From an uncultured Phycisphaerales bacterium (lineage in GTDB: Bacteria; Planctomycetota; Phycisphaerae; Tepidisphaerales; Tepidisphaeraceae): DNA of 64,000 nucleotides. Location: contig CAVWLP010000002.1 of NCBI GenBank assembly GCA_963755915.1, forward strand, positions 3,232,001-3,296,000. Reading direction: 5' to 3'. The stretch's first letter is position 1; every line of letters begins with the position of its first letter. Under the pieces are notes generated by a model. That model was given only the letters and a program-made list of their open reading frames with translations. It made no database searches and was not told where the DNA came from. Positions 52,709 through 61,879 of the stretch are shown in pieces. Made by a program: the position numbers and the translations under genes.

Positions 52709-55700
52709 ATGCCTTTCTTACATAACAGTTTGAGCCCTCGTACAAAACGCATTCTGTTCCTTGCGGCGGCGGCGGGGCTGTCGAACTGCATCGCAAGGCC
52801 ATCGATAGTGATGGCGCAGTACAATGCCGATCAATACGTCAGCACCGGTGATAACCTGTTGGAGGGACAGGATCTGCCGATGGACGATGCGGCTGCCATA
52901 ACGGACTCATTCAACCTGATGAAAGCCCTATATGGCACGCAGACCGTTTATTGGCGCGGACTGCAGGAGAGTTCTTACGTCGATACGGTGCCTCGAACGG
53001 ACAACGTCTACATCAATTCGGTCGTCCAGAACTCCACGAACCTTCTGAATAACCAGAACCTGAATCAGACCGCCGTCCAAATCGCTCACTCGCTGGGGAT
53101 GCAGATTTGGGGAACCACCCAACTCTATGACTGGGGAGTACCGGCAAACGATTCGATTTTTTACGGCTATCCCGGCGACTATCAAACGACCTTCGCCGCG
53201 CAAAACCCCCAGTGGGCACCGGTCAACCAATACGGAAACGAGGTTCAGGGCGGGGCGCTCGAACTGGCCTATGCAGGTGCGCGATCAGACATCCTCAACT
53301 GGACGATGAATGCAGTAAACCAGGCCGGATATGACGGTGTTTTGTTCATGAGCTACCAGGAAAATTTCACAAACAAATACAACAATGAATTTGGATATAG
53401 CGCTCCGGTGGTCAACGCATACGAACAGATGTACGGCGTCAATATTCTCACGAATCCCAATTTCAACCAACAGGAGTGGTACAACCTGCGCGGCAGTTAC
53501 ACCACGACGTTTCTCGGCCAGATGGAAAGCGCACTCTCTTCCGACGGCAAGCAGCTTGGCATGGCGCTGGGCGCGACCAACCCGAGCCAGGGAACGTACT
53601 GGGACGGCGAAACCTTTGCCGACGCCGGCAACATGACGCTGGCATGGCAGACCTGGGCACAGCAAGGGGATGTCAACCGATTGGTGGTCTGGGGAAGTGA
53701 CCCAGACACCTTTAACACGGTGGTCGCCGGCGTGCAGGGCACCGGCGTGCAGGTATCAATGGTAACCAGCCAGCCTTATGCTTCGTCTGTCCAGCCTGTC
53801 GGTACGGAGGGGGGAAATATCATTGGTGCAATGAACACGGATGTGGAATATCTGCTTGACAGCAATATGGCAACTCAGCCCATCAGCGCGCTCAGCTCCA
53901 GCAACGAGTACCAGCGGATGCACGTTCTCGCCCAGATCGCGGCGGGTCAGACAACTGCCACATCGGCCGAGGTTTTGCCGCTGCTGAACGATTCGAACAT
54001 CATCACCGTGCGATTGGCCCTCACGGCGCTGGGCACGATCGCCGATCCATCTTCAGTCTCCTCGATTGAGGGCGAGCTCACGAACTCAGAGGAAGCGATC
54101 CGCACCGCCGCCGTCTATGCTCTTGAAGGGGTCAACGGACCCAACAGCGCCCAGGCAATTCTCAACGCCGTCGCCGAATATGGAGAACCGAACTTTGATA
54201 CCGGCGCCGTGGCGGTTTTGAGCGATATTTCGACCGATTTACCACTTCTGCAAAGTTCGATGAGCAGTTCGAACAATTTGGTACGTGACATTGCCATGCA
54301 ATCGATCTATTCGTTCACCGGGGCGGTGCCCTCGTCGATGCTGTCGACAATAACTGCCGGACTATCCGACTCACAGGAGTATGTTCGCAGGTATGCGGTC
54401 GATGCGCTGGGGCGAATTTCGGACGACCCGACCGGGGTCTCAACGCTAATGGGTCTTCTGACCAACACTGACCCGGATCTTTCCGATCAGGCTGCCAGCA
54501 CGCTAAGCACAATGCTTATAACGCACGACCCAGCCGCCGCAGCAGACCGATCGCAAATCGTTACCGACATAACCGCTCTCTTTGAACAGTTCGACACCGG
54601 AAGCACGCGCAGCGATGCGTCTTGGGGATACGAGCCAGTCGGCGAGGCCCTCAAGGCGCTAGTGCCGGATGGGCTCACGCAGCTCGTCGACCTGATGAAT
54701 CAGCGCAACGACGAAACGATTTCCATGAATGCCTGGAACATCATATATGAGCCGCAGACGCCGGGATCGCTCCCCTCAATGACCCAAGCGCAGGACGCGT
54801 ACGCCCAGTTCAAAGCGCCAGTCTGGACGTCCACCGTCGCTTCAGCCGATTCCTTCGACACAAAAGTAAATGGCTCGCAAATCAACGGCCAGACCGACCA
54901 GCTCGGCAACACTTGGACCGTCGTGCAGGGAAACGCCTCGGGTCAGACCATCCAGTCCACCGTGAATCACGGCGGACAAGCGCTGGAGACTACTGCCCCG
55001 GTCGGCGGAAATACTCTCATAACCCTTGCCAGCAACGGGTTCTACGGCCAGGCCCGCGGACTCTCCACCTACATCGCCAAAGCAGATATGCTTCGCCCGA
55101 CAACAACCGATCTCACCACCTTCGGCGTTGACGTCGGAACCGCAAGCACTGAAGCTCAAGTCACAATCGGCGCTAATTCCTACTACGAAGTTTGGGAAAC
55201 CAATGGAACTGCGAACGGCGGCTCGTATGTTCCCACAAACTTCCAGGCAGGCACTGGCGGTTGGGAAAACATCCAGATCGTCATCCATTGGAATGCGGTT
55301 GCCGGCCTGGCCACAAGCGGCGATTCCACCATCACCGGCGATTACGACGTCTATCTCTCGTGCGCTGCGGGCGACTCGCTCGGATACCTCCCGCAGACAA
55401 TGATCGCCAGCGACATCCCGCTCTATAATGTCACTGAACAGATGGCGCAGAGCTTGTTCATTTCTGATCAATCAAACGGCGTAAACGGCGTCACGACCTA
55501 TTGGGACAACGTCTCGCTGACTTTGGCGCCGGCAACTGGTACCGCAAGCGTGCCGATGACCCCGCTAAGCTGGGACAACGCCGGCGCGGCAACTGGCTTC
55601 GGCACCGACACTGTCTGGGATACCGGCGTCAGCCAGAATTGGAGCAACGGCAGCGGGTATCCTACGACCTACGCCGACGGATCGCCGGTGACGTTCAACG

Positions 55701-56632
55701 ACACAAACAACGGCAACTATGCCGTTACGATAAACAGCACGCTTACACCCGGCTCAGTGACAGTCAGCAACAGTTTGGGCAATTACACGTTCAGCGGCGC
55801 CGGCAGCATCGCTGGACGCTCCACGACGCTCACCATGAATGGCTCAGGTGTGCTCACTCTTGCCAATACGGGTGTCAATACCTATGGCGGCGGCACCTTC
55901 ATTAGCAGCGGCACGGTGGTGATCGCCGCTGCCGGTGCGCTTCCCGCCGCCAGCAACGTGACGATCACCGGCGGAGCTCTTCAACTCGCCAACAACACCG
56001 GCGTTGAGACGTTGTCGAGCCTTTCGATCAGTGGAAACGGTGTTTTGGATATAGGCAACAACAGCCTGTTCCTGAGTTACCTAAGTGGGTCAGATCCGAT
56101 CGCTTCGATTGCCACATACCTCAAATCCGGCTTCAACGGAGGTGGCTGGAACGGACCCGGCATCATTTCCTCCGCCGCGCAGACGCTCACCAATGGCCTC
56201 CGATATGGCGTCGGCTGGGCCGACGGGGCCGACAATATCGTCTCGGGGCTAAGCTCCGGCCAGATTGAACTGAAGTACACACTTCTCGGCGACGCGAATC
56301 TTGATGGCGTGGTAAACGGCTCCGACTTCTCGATCCTCGCCGCCAACTTTGGCCTTGGTGTCACCAACTGGGATCAGGGCAATTTCCTATATGGTAGCTC
56401 CGTCAACGGCTCGGATTTCTCGGCTCTGGCCGCCAACTTTGGTCAGGGGGACAGTGGCCCGGATACCAGCATACTTGCCAGCGATCTGACCGCGATCGAT
56501 GCTTTCGCCGTAGCCAACGGCCTCCCGCTGCCGACATTCCATATCGTTCCCGAACCAATGTCTGGCGGATTGCTGGCCTTCGCCGGAATCGCAGCTATCG
56601 GCCGAAGAAAACGAAAAGCCGCGAGCCATTGA
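52709..56632 (+). CDS. PEP-CTERM protein: GHL10-like barrel + HEAT repeats + beta-sandwich + beta repeat + dockerin-like tail
   Basis: STGDNL, VYWRG, LELAY, YDGVLF..Y.ENF, RGSYTT; HEAT repeats; WGYEPVGEAL shared with 31597-34452; VPEP-TM-RRKRK. Confidence 0.88.
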   Translation: MPFLHNSLSPRTKRILFLAAAAGLSNCIARPSIVMAQYNADQYVSTGDNLLEGQDLPMDDAAAITDSFNLMKALYGTQTVYWRGLQESSYVDTVPRTDNVYINSVVQNSTNLLNNQNLNQTAVQIAHSLGMQIWGTTQLYDWGVPANDSIFYGYPGDYQTTFAAQNPQWAPVNQYGNEVQGGALELAYAGARSDILNWTMNAVNQAGYDGVLFMSYQENFTNKYNNEFGYSAPVVNAYEQMYGVNILTNPNFNQQEWYNLRGSYTTTFLGQMESALSSDGKQLGMALGATNPSQGTYWDGETFADAGNMTLAWQTWAQQGDVNRLVVWGSDPDTFNTVVAGVQGTGVQVSMVTSQPYASSVQPVGTEGGNIIGAMNTDVEYLLDSNMATQPISALSSSNEYQRMHVLAQIAAGQTTATSAEVLPLLNDSNIITVRLALTALGTIADPSSVSSIEGELTNSEEAIRTAAVYALEGVNGPNSAQAILNAVAEYGEPNFDTGAVAVLSDISTDLPLLQSSMSSSNNLVRDIAMQSIYSFTGAVPSSMLSTITAGLSDSQEYVRRYAVDALGRISDDPTGVSTLMGLLTNTDPDLSDQAASTLSTMLITHDPAAAADRSQIVTDITALFEQFDTGSTRSDASWGYEPVGEALKALVPDGLTQLVDLMNQRNDETISMNAWNIIYEPQTPGSLPSMTQAQDAYAQFKAPVWTSTVASADSFDTKVNGSQINGQTDQLGNTWTVVQGNASGQTIQSTVNHGGQALETTAPVGGNTLITLASNGFYGQARGLSTYIAKADMLRPTTTDLTTFGVDVGTASTEAQVTIGANSYYEVWETNGTANGGSYVPTNFQAGTGGWENIQIVIHWNAVAGLATSGDSTITGDYDVYLSCAAGDSLGYLPQTMIASDIPLYNVTEQMAQSLFISDQSNGVNGVTTYWDNVSLTLAPATGTASVPMTPLSWDNAGAATGFGTDTVWDTGVSQNWSNGSGYPTTYADGSPVTFNDTNNGNYAVTINSTLTPGSVTVSNSLGNYTFSGAGSIAGRSTTLTMNGSGVLTLANTGVNTYGGGTFISSGTVVIAAAGALPAASNVTITGGALQLANNTGVETLSSLSISGNGVLDIGNNSLFLSYLSGSDPIASIATYLKSGFNGGGWNGPGIISSAAQTLTNGLRYGVGWADGADNIVSGLSSGQIELKYTLLGDANLDGVVNGSDFSILAANFGLGVTNWDQGNFLYGSSVNGSDFSALAANFGQGDSGPDTSILASDLTAIDAFAVANGLPLPTFHIVPEPMSGGLLAFAGIAAIGRRKRKAASH

Positions 56633-56659
56633 GGGTTTTCTGTTCCTGAGGCTCTGGGA

Positions 56660-59221
56660 ATGAACTTTCGCGATGTCACTGTGCTTTATCCATTCACCGC
56701 AAATCCTGCGAATGTAACTCGATCTTTTTTTCGCCGCGGAAGTTGCTTCCTTACCTGGCTGAGCTCCCGCCGCGGCATCATCCTGAGCATCAGCTTCAGT
56801 CTCATCTTTTGCAGCACGGCTTTTTGTCAGGTCAATTATGAACTGACGGTTACGCCCGTGTATGGCAGGATGTACCCAGCGGATTGCTTCGTACCGATTC
56901 GCATCGACGCCAGAAATAACACTGACAGCCCGGTCGATGGCGCAATCATTATTCCGGTCAATGAGCCCAACGCTGCAACCGACTTTCGGGTACCGATTTA
57001 CTCTCCCGCCCGCAGCCTGGTCATTCTGAATGCATATGCATATCTGCCGGCCAAGGTACTGGGCAAACTGAATGAAGGATCGGGATCTGTTCCCGTCGCG
57101 ATGGCCGAGTGGCACAATGCCCAGGGGGCGACCCTGTCGCGCACTGAGGTTCTCGGCCGGCCCGATACGGCAGATCGGCGCGATGTTACGGACACGGGAG
57201 GTTTCCTGATCCTTTCGGTTACCAACGGGCCGGAAGGCCAGTTGAGTGACAATCAAGCGATTCGACAGCTTTCGCAGTTTATCGCTGCGCAGTCGCCGTG
57301 TGCCGTCAATCTGGGAACCGCCACGGCAGAACAGTTGCCACGCCATTGCGCCGGTTATGACGCCGTGCGAGCCATTGTCTTCGATGGGGCCAGTCCCGAT
57401 TCCCTTGACGTAAGTCAGCGAGAGACAATCCTGGAATACCTTCGGCGCGGCGGCACCCTGATCCTGCCCGCGCCTATGGACAATGCCGATCCAACTGGCA
57501 CCTGGCTTGAGCCGTACTTTCCGGTTCAAATTATCGGCAGCCGCGAAATCGATCAGATAATTCCGGCCGGAGATTCGACTGGTGTGGCGCCGGCTCCGCT
57601 AAAGTTCACCAAACATCTAAAAATTGTGGAAGCGATTGACGGCGCCGGCGAAGTACTGCTTCGCGATCGCGACTACGTTCATATTGCCGTTCGTCACATC
57701 GGGCTGGGTCAAATCGTGTTTACCAGCTTTCCGCTTGGTGCCCTCGATTGCTCTGATCAGCGAGTGGCACATTTGTGGCAAACGATTTTGAACCTGCGCG
57801 AGCCAACACAAGAGTTTACCAACACAAGTCTGGGGCAGCATCGCGACGACATCCTGGAATCGATGATCGGCGCGCCGGTATCGCCGTGGTCGTATGCGGC
57901 AGCGATTGTGGGCGTCTACATTCTGCTGACGATGCTGTTTCAATTGTTCGGCCGCGAGGCTCGAAGACCGGCGGCATTCATCGCCGGAACGATTCTGGCC
58001 GCTGGGCTGTTCGCCATGCTGATTGGGATCACGTTTATCCGCCAAGGCCGCAGCGAGCCGCTTTCCGCCGCTCGCATCGCAGCGATCGAGCTCGGCCCTC
58101 AAGGCGGGGGAACGCACCAAGAGACAATCGCATTCCTGGGACGAACCGATCCTGACCTGGCGCTAAAGGCCGACATACGCGCCACGCTGCGTCCGGTCGT
58201 CGCGAATGCGAATGATCCGGTAACGCTCGATCAATTGCCCTTCGCCGCCGAGCACGCCGGAGTTTTCAGGGGGCGGGTTGATCGCGTCTGGCAGGTGGAC
58301 GAAGCGATACCGGTAAATTTTGACTTGCGATGCGAATCGCGTTTTACGCCTGGCGGCGTACAAATTAATGTCGATAACGACACGGGCCAAACGCTGCTGG
58401 CGCCGCTCGTGCTGTGGAACCGAAACTGCTATCGCTTGCCCGCGCTGCCACCGGGCCGCTCGAGTTCTATCCTCGCCGAAAAGAACCCGCCCGGCGACTA
58501 TACGAATATGTCGATCATCGCGGGCGAAGAGTCGACCCTTCGTGGCCGAATCCTCGAAGCCGCGATGACCTCTCAACCGCAAAGCGACAATGGCACAGCC
58601 GACGTGCAGCCGCGGCTGGCGGCCTGGCTCGACCCAACGGCGCCGGGATTGGCAGCGCCGATTCTAGACGCTTCTTCAAAGGTCGAGCTGATGAATGCGG
58701 AACTTCTGGTTTCCGCGCCCATGAGCTTGTTGCCAAGTGAACCGAACACCAGGTTCCATGTGCCGCCGGATTTTGTTACCACGTCCATCGGCCACGTTTC
58801 GCGTAGCCCGCTCTTTGACACCTCAACTCAGAGCTGGCTGGGAACCATACTCATTGGAACCTGGGAGGTTGGATTTCAGATTCCACGGGGGATTGGCAAC
58901 GTGAAGCCAGTCATGGCTACTCTCTCAGCAGATCTCGCCGCTTCGCACCATGACATCGTCCTGCGCAGCGGACAGTGCATTGACGGATCGCTGCACGACG
59001 ATCCGGCGGGCCCCGTTGTCGCCGAATGGAAAGAGGCGACCGGGTCGGAGAAGACCACTTTTAAACTCGGTGATGGAGATGTAGATTCCAACGGCTGCTT
59101 GTGGCTTTGCCTTGCCGTTACTGAAGCAGCCACCGACAACGCGATCGCACCTCCCTGGAAATTCAACGACTTGACCGTTGGATTCGAAGTAGAGACTGAG
59201 TCCGGTTATGAACGTCGATAG
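56660..59221 (+). CDS. Membrane protein with GATase1-like domain, ABC-associated
   Basis: LP....GYDAVRAIVFDG...L...QRETILEYLRRGGTLI, GLGQIVF; two central TM helices. Confidence 0.72.
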   Translation: MNFRDVTVLYPFTANPANVTRSFFRRGSCFLTWLSSRRGIILSISFSLIFCSTAFCQVNYELTVTPVYGRMYPADCFVPIRIDARNNTDSPVDGAIIIPVNEPNAATDFRVPIYSPARSLVILNAYAYLPAKVLGKLNEGSGSVPVAMAEWHNAQGATLSRTEVLGRPDTADRRDVTDTGGFLILSVTNGPEGQLSDNQAIRQLSQFIAAQSPCAVNLGTATAEQLPRHCAGYDAVRAIVFDGASPDSLDVSQRETILEYLRRGGTLILPAPMDNADPTGTWLEPYFPVQIIGSREIDQIIPAGDSTGVAPAPLKFTKHLKIVEAIDGAGEVLLRDRDYVHIAVRHIGLGQIVFTSFPLGALDCSDQRVAHLWQTILNLREPTQEFTNTSLGQHRDDILESMIGAPVSPWSYAAAIVGVYILLTMLFQLFGREARRPAAFIAGTILAAGLFAMLIGITFIRQGRSEPLSAARIAAIELGPQGGGTHQETIAFLGRTDPDLALKADIRATLRPVVANANDPVTLDQLPFAAEHAGVFRGRVDRVWQVDEAIPVNFDLRCESRFTPGGVQINVDNDTGQTLLAPLVLWNRNCYRLPALPPGRSSSILAEKNPPGDYTNMSIIAGEESTLRGRILEAAMTSQPQSDNGTADVQPRLAAWLDPTAPGLAAPILDASSKVELMNAELLVSAPMSLLPSEPNTRFHVPPDFVTTSIGHVSRSPLFDTSTQSWLGTILIGTWEVGFQIPRGIGNVKPVMATLSADLAASHHDIVLRSGQCIDGSLHDDPAGPVVAEWKEATGSEKTTFKLGDGDVDSNGCLWLCLAVTEAATDNAIAPPWKFNDLTVGFEVETESGYERR

Positions 59222-60155
59222 CGCCAAACCAATATTGAGGACCGAAGCGTTGACCATGCGGTATGGTCAGCACACCGCGTTGTCCGACCTGAACCTGACG
59301 GTCCGCCGTGGCGAGGTTCTTGGTTACATCGGACCTAACGGCGCAGGCAAAACAACGACCTTCCGCATCCTTTGCGGCTTGCAGGATCCGACCAGCGGCA
59401 GAGCGTTTATCGACGATTTGGATGTGACCGGTAACAAAGATCTCATCAAGCAGCTGGTCGGATATCTGCCAGATAACTTTGGCATTTATCCGACACTTCG
59501 GGCATGGGAATACCTGGATTTCTTTGCGGCTGCTTACCGCATTCCGAAGAAAGAGCGGCCGCAGCGGATCGATGCCTGCCTGACCATCGCCAATGCAAAT
59601 GAGTTTCGCGATAAGTTGATGGGCAGCTTGAGTCGCGGCATGAAGCAGCGGGTGGGGATTGCCAAAACGCTTCTGCACGATCCGGCCGTACTGATTTTGG
59701 ACGAGCCCGCCGCCACTATCGATCCCCGCGCCCGAATCCAGATGCGAGAACTCCTGCGCGATCTGGCCAAACTCGGAAAGGCAGTGCTGGTTTCCAGTCA
59801 CATTCTGCCCGAGCTTGCCGACGTCTGCGACACGGTAGCTTTTCTGAATGCCGGAAAACTTGTCGCTTGCGCCCCTGTGCAGGAAATCATGCGGACGGTG
59901 CGGCAGACCCGGCTGATGGAAATTGTCGTGCTCAGCCCCCGTGATCGAGCCATCGAATTGCTCAAAAAGGCGCCGGGCGAGTGGACGCCAATCGCCGGGC
60001 ACCACGCAAATGGCACTTTAAGATTTGATGTTCGCGCCAACGAGCAGCAATTGGCCGACACACTCCGGCTCCTGGTCGAGAACAAAGTTTCCGTTGGAAG
60101 CTTTCATGAGGTTCCCGCAGATCTCGAGGATGCGTTTATGAGCCTCACAAAGTAG
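59208..60155 (+). CDS. ABC transporter ATP-binding protein (ABC-2 type)
   Basis: GPNGAGKTT, LSRGMKQR, LILDEP, VSSH, LEDAFM. Confidence 0.96.
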   Translation: MNVDSAKPILRTEALTMRYGQHTALSDLNLTVRRGEVLGYIGPNGAGKTTTFRILCGLQDPTSGRAFIDDLDVTGNKDLIKQLVGYLPDNFGIYPTLRAWEYLDFFAAAYRIPKKERPQRIDACLTIANANEFRDKLMGSLSRGMKQRVGIAKTLLHDPAVLILDEPAATIDPRARIQMRELLRDLAKLGKAVLVSSHILPELADVCDTVAFLNAGKLVACAPVQEIMRTVRQTRLMEIVVLSPRDRAIELLKKAPGEWTPIAGHHANGTLRFDVRANEQQLADTLRLLVENKVSVGSFHEVPADLEDAFMSLTK

Positions 60156-60175
60156 ACCAATGGAACGGACATGAA

Positions 60176-61879
60176 ATGAATCCAGTCTTTCGAAAAGACA
60201 TGCTCGGGCTTCTTCGGTTCCGGCGAATTGGCGCCATCCAGGTTGCGTTTGTCGCGGTAATCGGTGCGCTCGTCATGGCGACCTGGCCACAAAAGGGCGT
60301 CTTTCCTCTTGCGTCGCATGGGCAGGATTCGCTGGTGTTAGATTTGATTGTCGGGCAGCTCATTCTGCTGATTTTGTTTGTTCCGGGCGTGGCGGCGACA
60401 TCCATTACGTCCGAGCGCGAGCAGGGCACGCTTGAAATGCTCTACGCGAGCCGTCTTTCGGCCGGCCAACTTATCTTTGGCAAGCTTATTTCTGCGATCG
60501 GCTTTCCGCTGATTTTACTGTTAAGCGGACTTCCATTCGTTGGGTTGCTGATTTATCGCGGTGACGTTGACTTACCCGTTCTTTTTTATGCGTATTCAGT
60601 TTTGGTGACCAGCGCGGTGCTGCTCGCCATTGTTTCATTGGCCGTCTCCGCGTTCTGCGATCTGGTTTCGACGGCCATCGTAATATCCTATGCGATTGTT
60701 CTGACGTTGTGCGGGGGCGTGCTGGTTCCGGCCGCTATTATGCTTTCCTCGCAGGGCGGAGTGAGTGCCCAGGTCCTGCACGCGGTCCGGAGCATTTCGC
60801 CCATCGCCGCCACGCTGTCGCTCCTTCGTCCGCACTGGGCTGAATTCGGTGGCCGCGCCGGCGGCATCACGCCGAACACCGGAGAATCCATCGCCGGCCT
60901 GCCTCCCTCCTGGAAGATTTTCTTCCCATTTGCCGCCATGTTGAACGTGGCGGGTTTGATCGCACTGATTTTGAAGTTGCGCAAAGCGCCAGGCCGCGCA
61001 AAGGTCGCCGGCGAAAACCTTTCCGCGGGCAAAGGCGCATGGCGCACATGGGCACGCCGAATATTATTCCTCATCGATCCCGCCGCGCAGCGTAAACCGA
61101 TTGGCAGCCTCAATCCAATCATGGCAAAAGAGGTGCGAACGAATCAATTGCGTTCGGGACGCTGGATGATCCGCATCTTTTACGGAGCATTGTTCGTTTC
61201 GCTCGGATTGGCGTCGATGGCTTTGTACGGCGGCCAGACAGAACACGCCGATCTGCTGCATTATGTCGCCGCAGTTTTGATCGCCTTTCAAATTGGCGTG
61301 ATCTCGATGATTGACCCCTCGCTTACGAGCCCCGCGATCACTTCCGAGCTTGAAACTGGCACATTTGAGATTCTCAAACTCACGCCGCTCTCTTCCGGCG
61401 AGGTCTTCTGGGGAAAGTTGCTGCCGGCTTTGGCGCCGGCCATGTTGCCGATTATCGCGTTACTTCCGGCCTACGGCGTCATCTGTTTTGTAAATCCCAT
61501 CTATCTGCGGTCGGTCCTTATGATTTTGCCAGTGTTCGTGATGGCAGTCGCATTGTGCTGCTCAACTGGATTGGCCTGCTCCACGTTCATGAAGAATAGC
61601 ACCAGCTCCACAATCACAAACTATTTTATTATTGCCGGAATAGTCGTGCTGCCGCTGCTGGCGTGGTTGGCCGCCGGTGGGTTTATCGATGTCCGTTTGG
61701 CAAACTGGATAGCGCAGTTCAGCCCGTTTGTGATGTCCGTCAATCTCTTGCCGGATGGCTCCGCCGACATTGCCCGGCTTTTGCCTCAGCACCTGGTGAC
61801 AATCGGAGGAGTCTGTCTGTTCATGCTTCTGCTCGCCAGGGTGCGTCTGGGTCTGCTTCTCCGAAGAGGCCAATCATGA
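60176..61879 (+). CDS. ABC-2 type permease with two membrane domains
   Basis: NPVFRKD / NPIMAKE; SITSEREQGTLEML and AITSELETGTFEIL; GKL motifs. Confidence 0.9.
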   Translation: MNPVFRKDMLGLLRFRRIGAIQVAFVAVIGALVMATWPQKGVFPLASHGQDSLVLDLIVGQLILLILFVPGVAATSITSEREQGTLEMLYASRLSAGQLIFGKLISAIGFPLILLLSGLPFVGLLIYRGDVDLPVLFYAYSVLVTSAVLLAIVSLAVSAFCDLVSTAIVISYAIVLTLCGGVLVPAAIMLSSQGGVSAQVLHAVRSISPIAATLSLLRPHWAEFGGRAGGITPNTGESIAGLPPSWKIFFPFAAMLNVAGLIALILKLRKAPGRAKVAGENLSAGKGAWRTWARRILFLIDPAAQRKPIGSLNPIMAKEVRTNQLRSGRWMIRIFYGALFVSLGLASMALYGGQTEHADLLHYVAAVLIAFQIGVISMIDPSLTSPAITSELETGTFEILKLTPLSSGEVFWGKLLPALAPAMLPIIALLPAYGVICFVNPIYLRSVLMILPVFVMAVALCCSTGLACSTFMKNSTSSTITNYFIIAGIVVLPLLAWLAAGGFIDVRLANWIAQFSPFVMSVNLLPDGSADIARLLPQHLVTIGGVCLFMLLLARVRLGLLLRRGQS

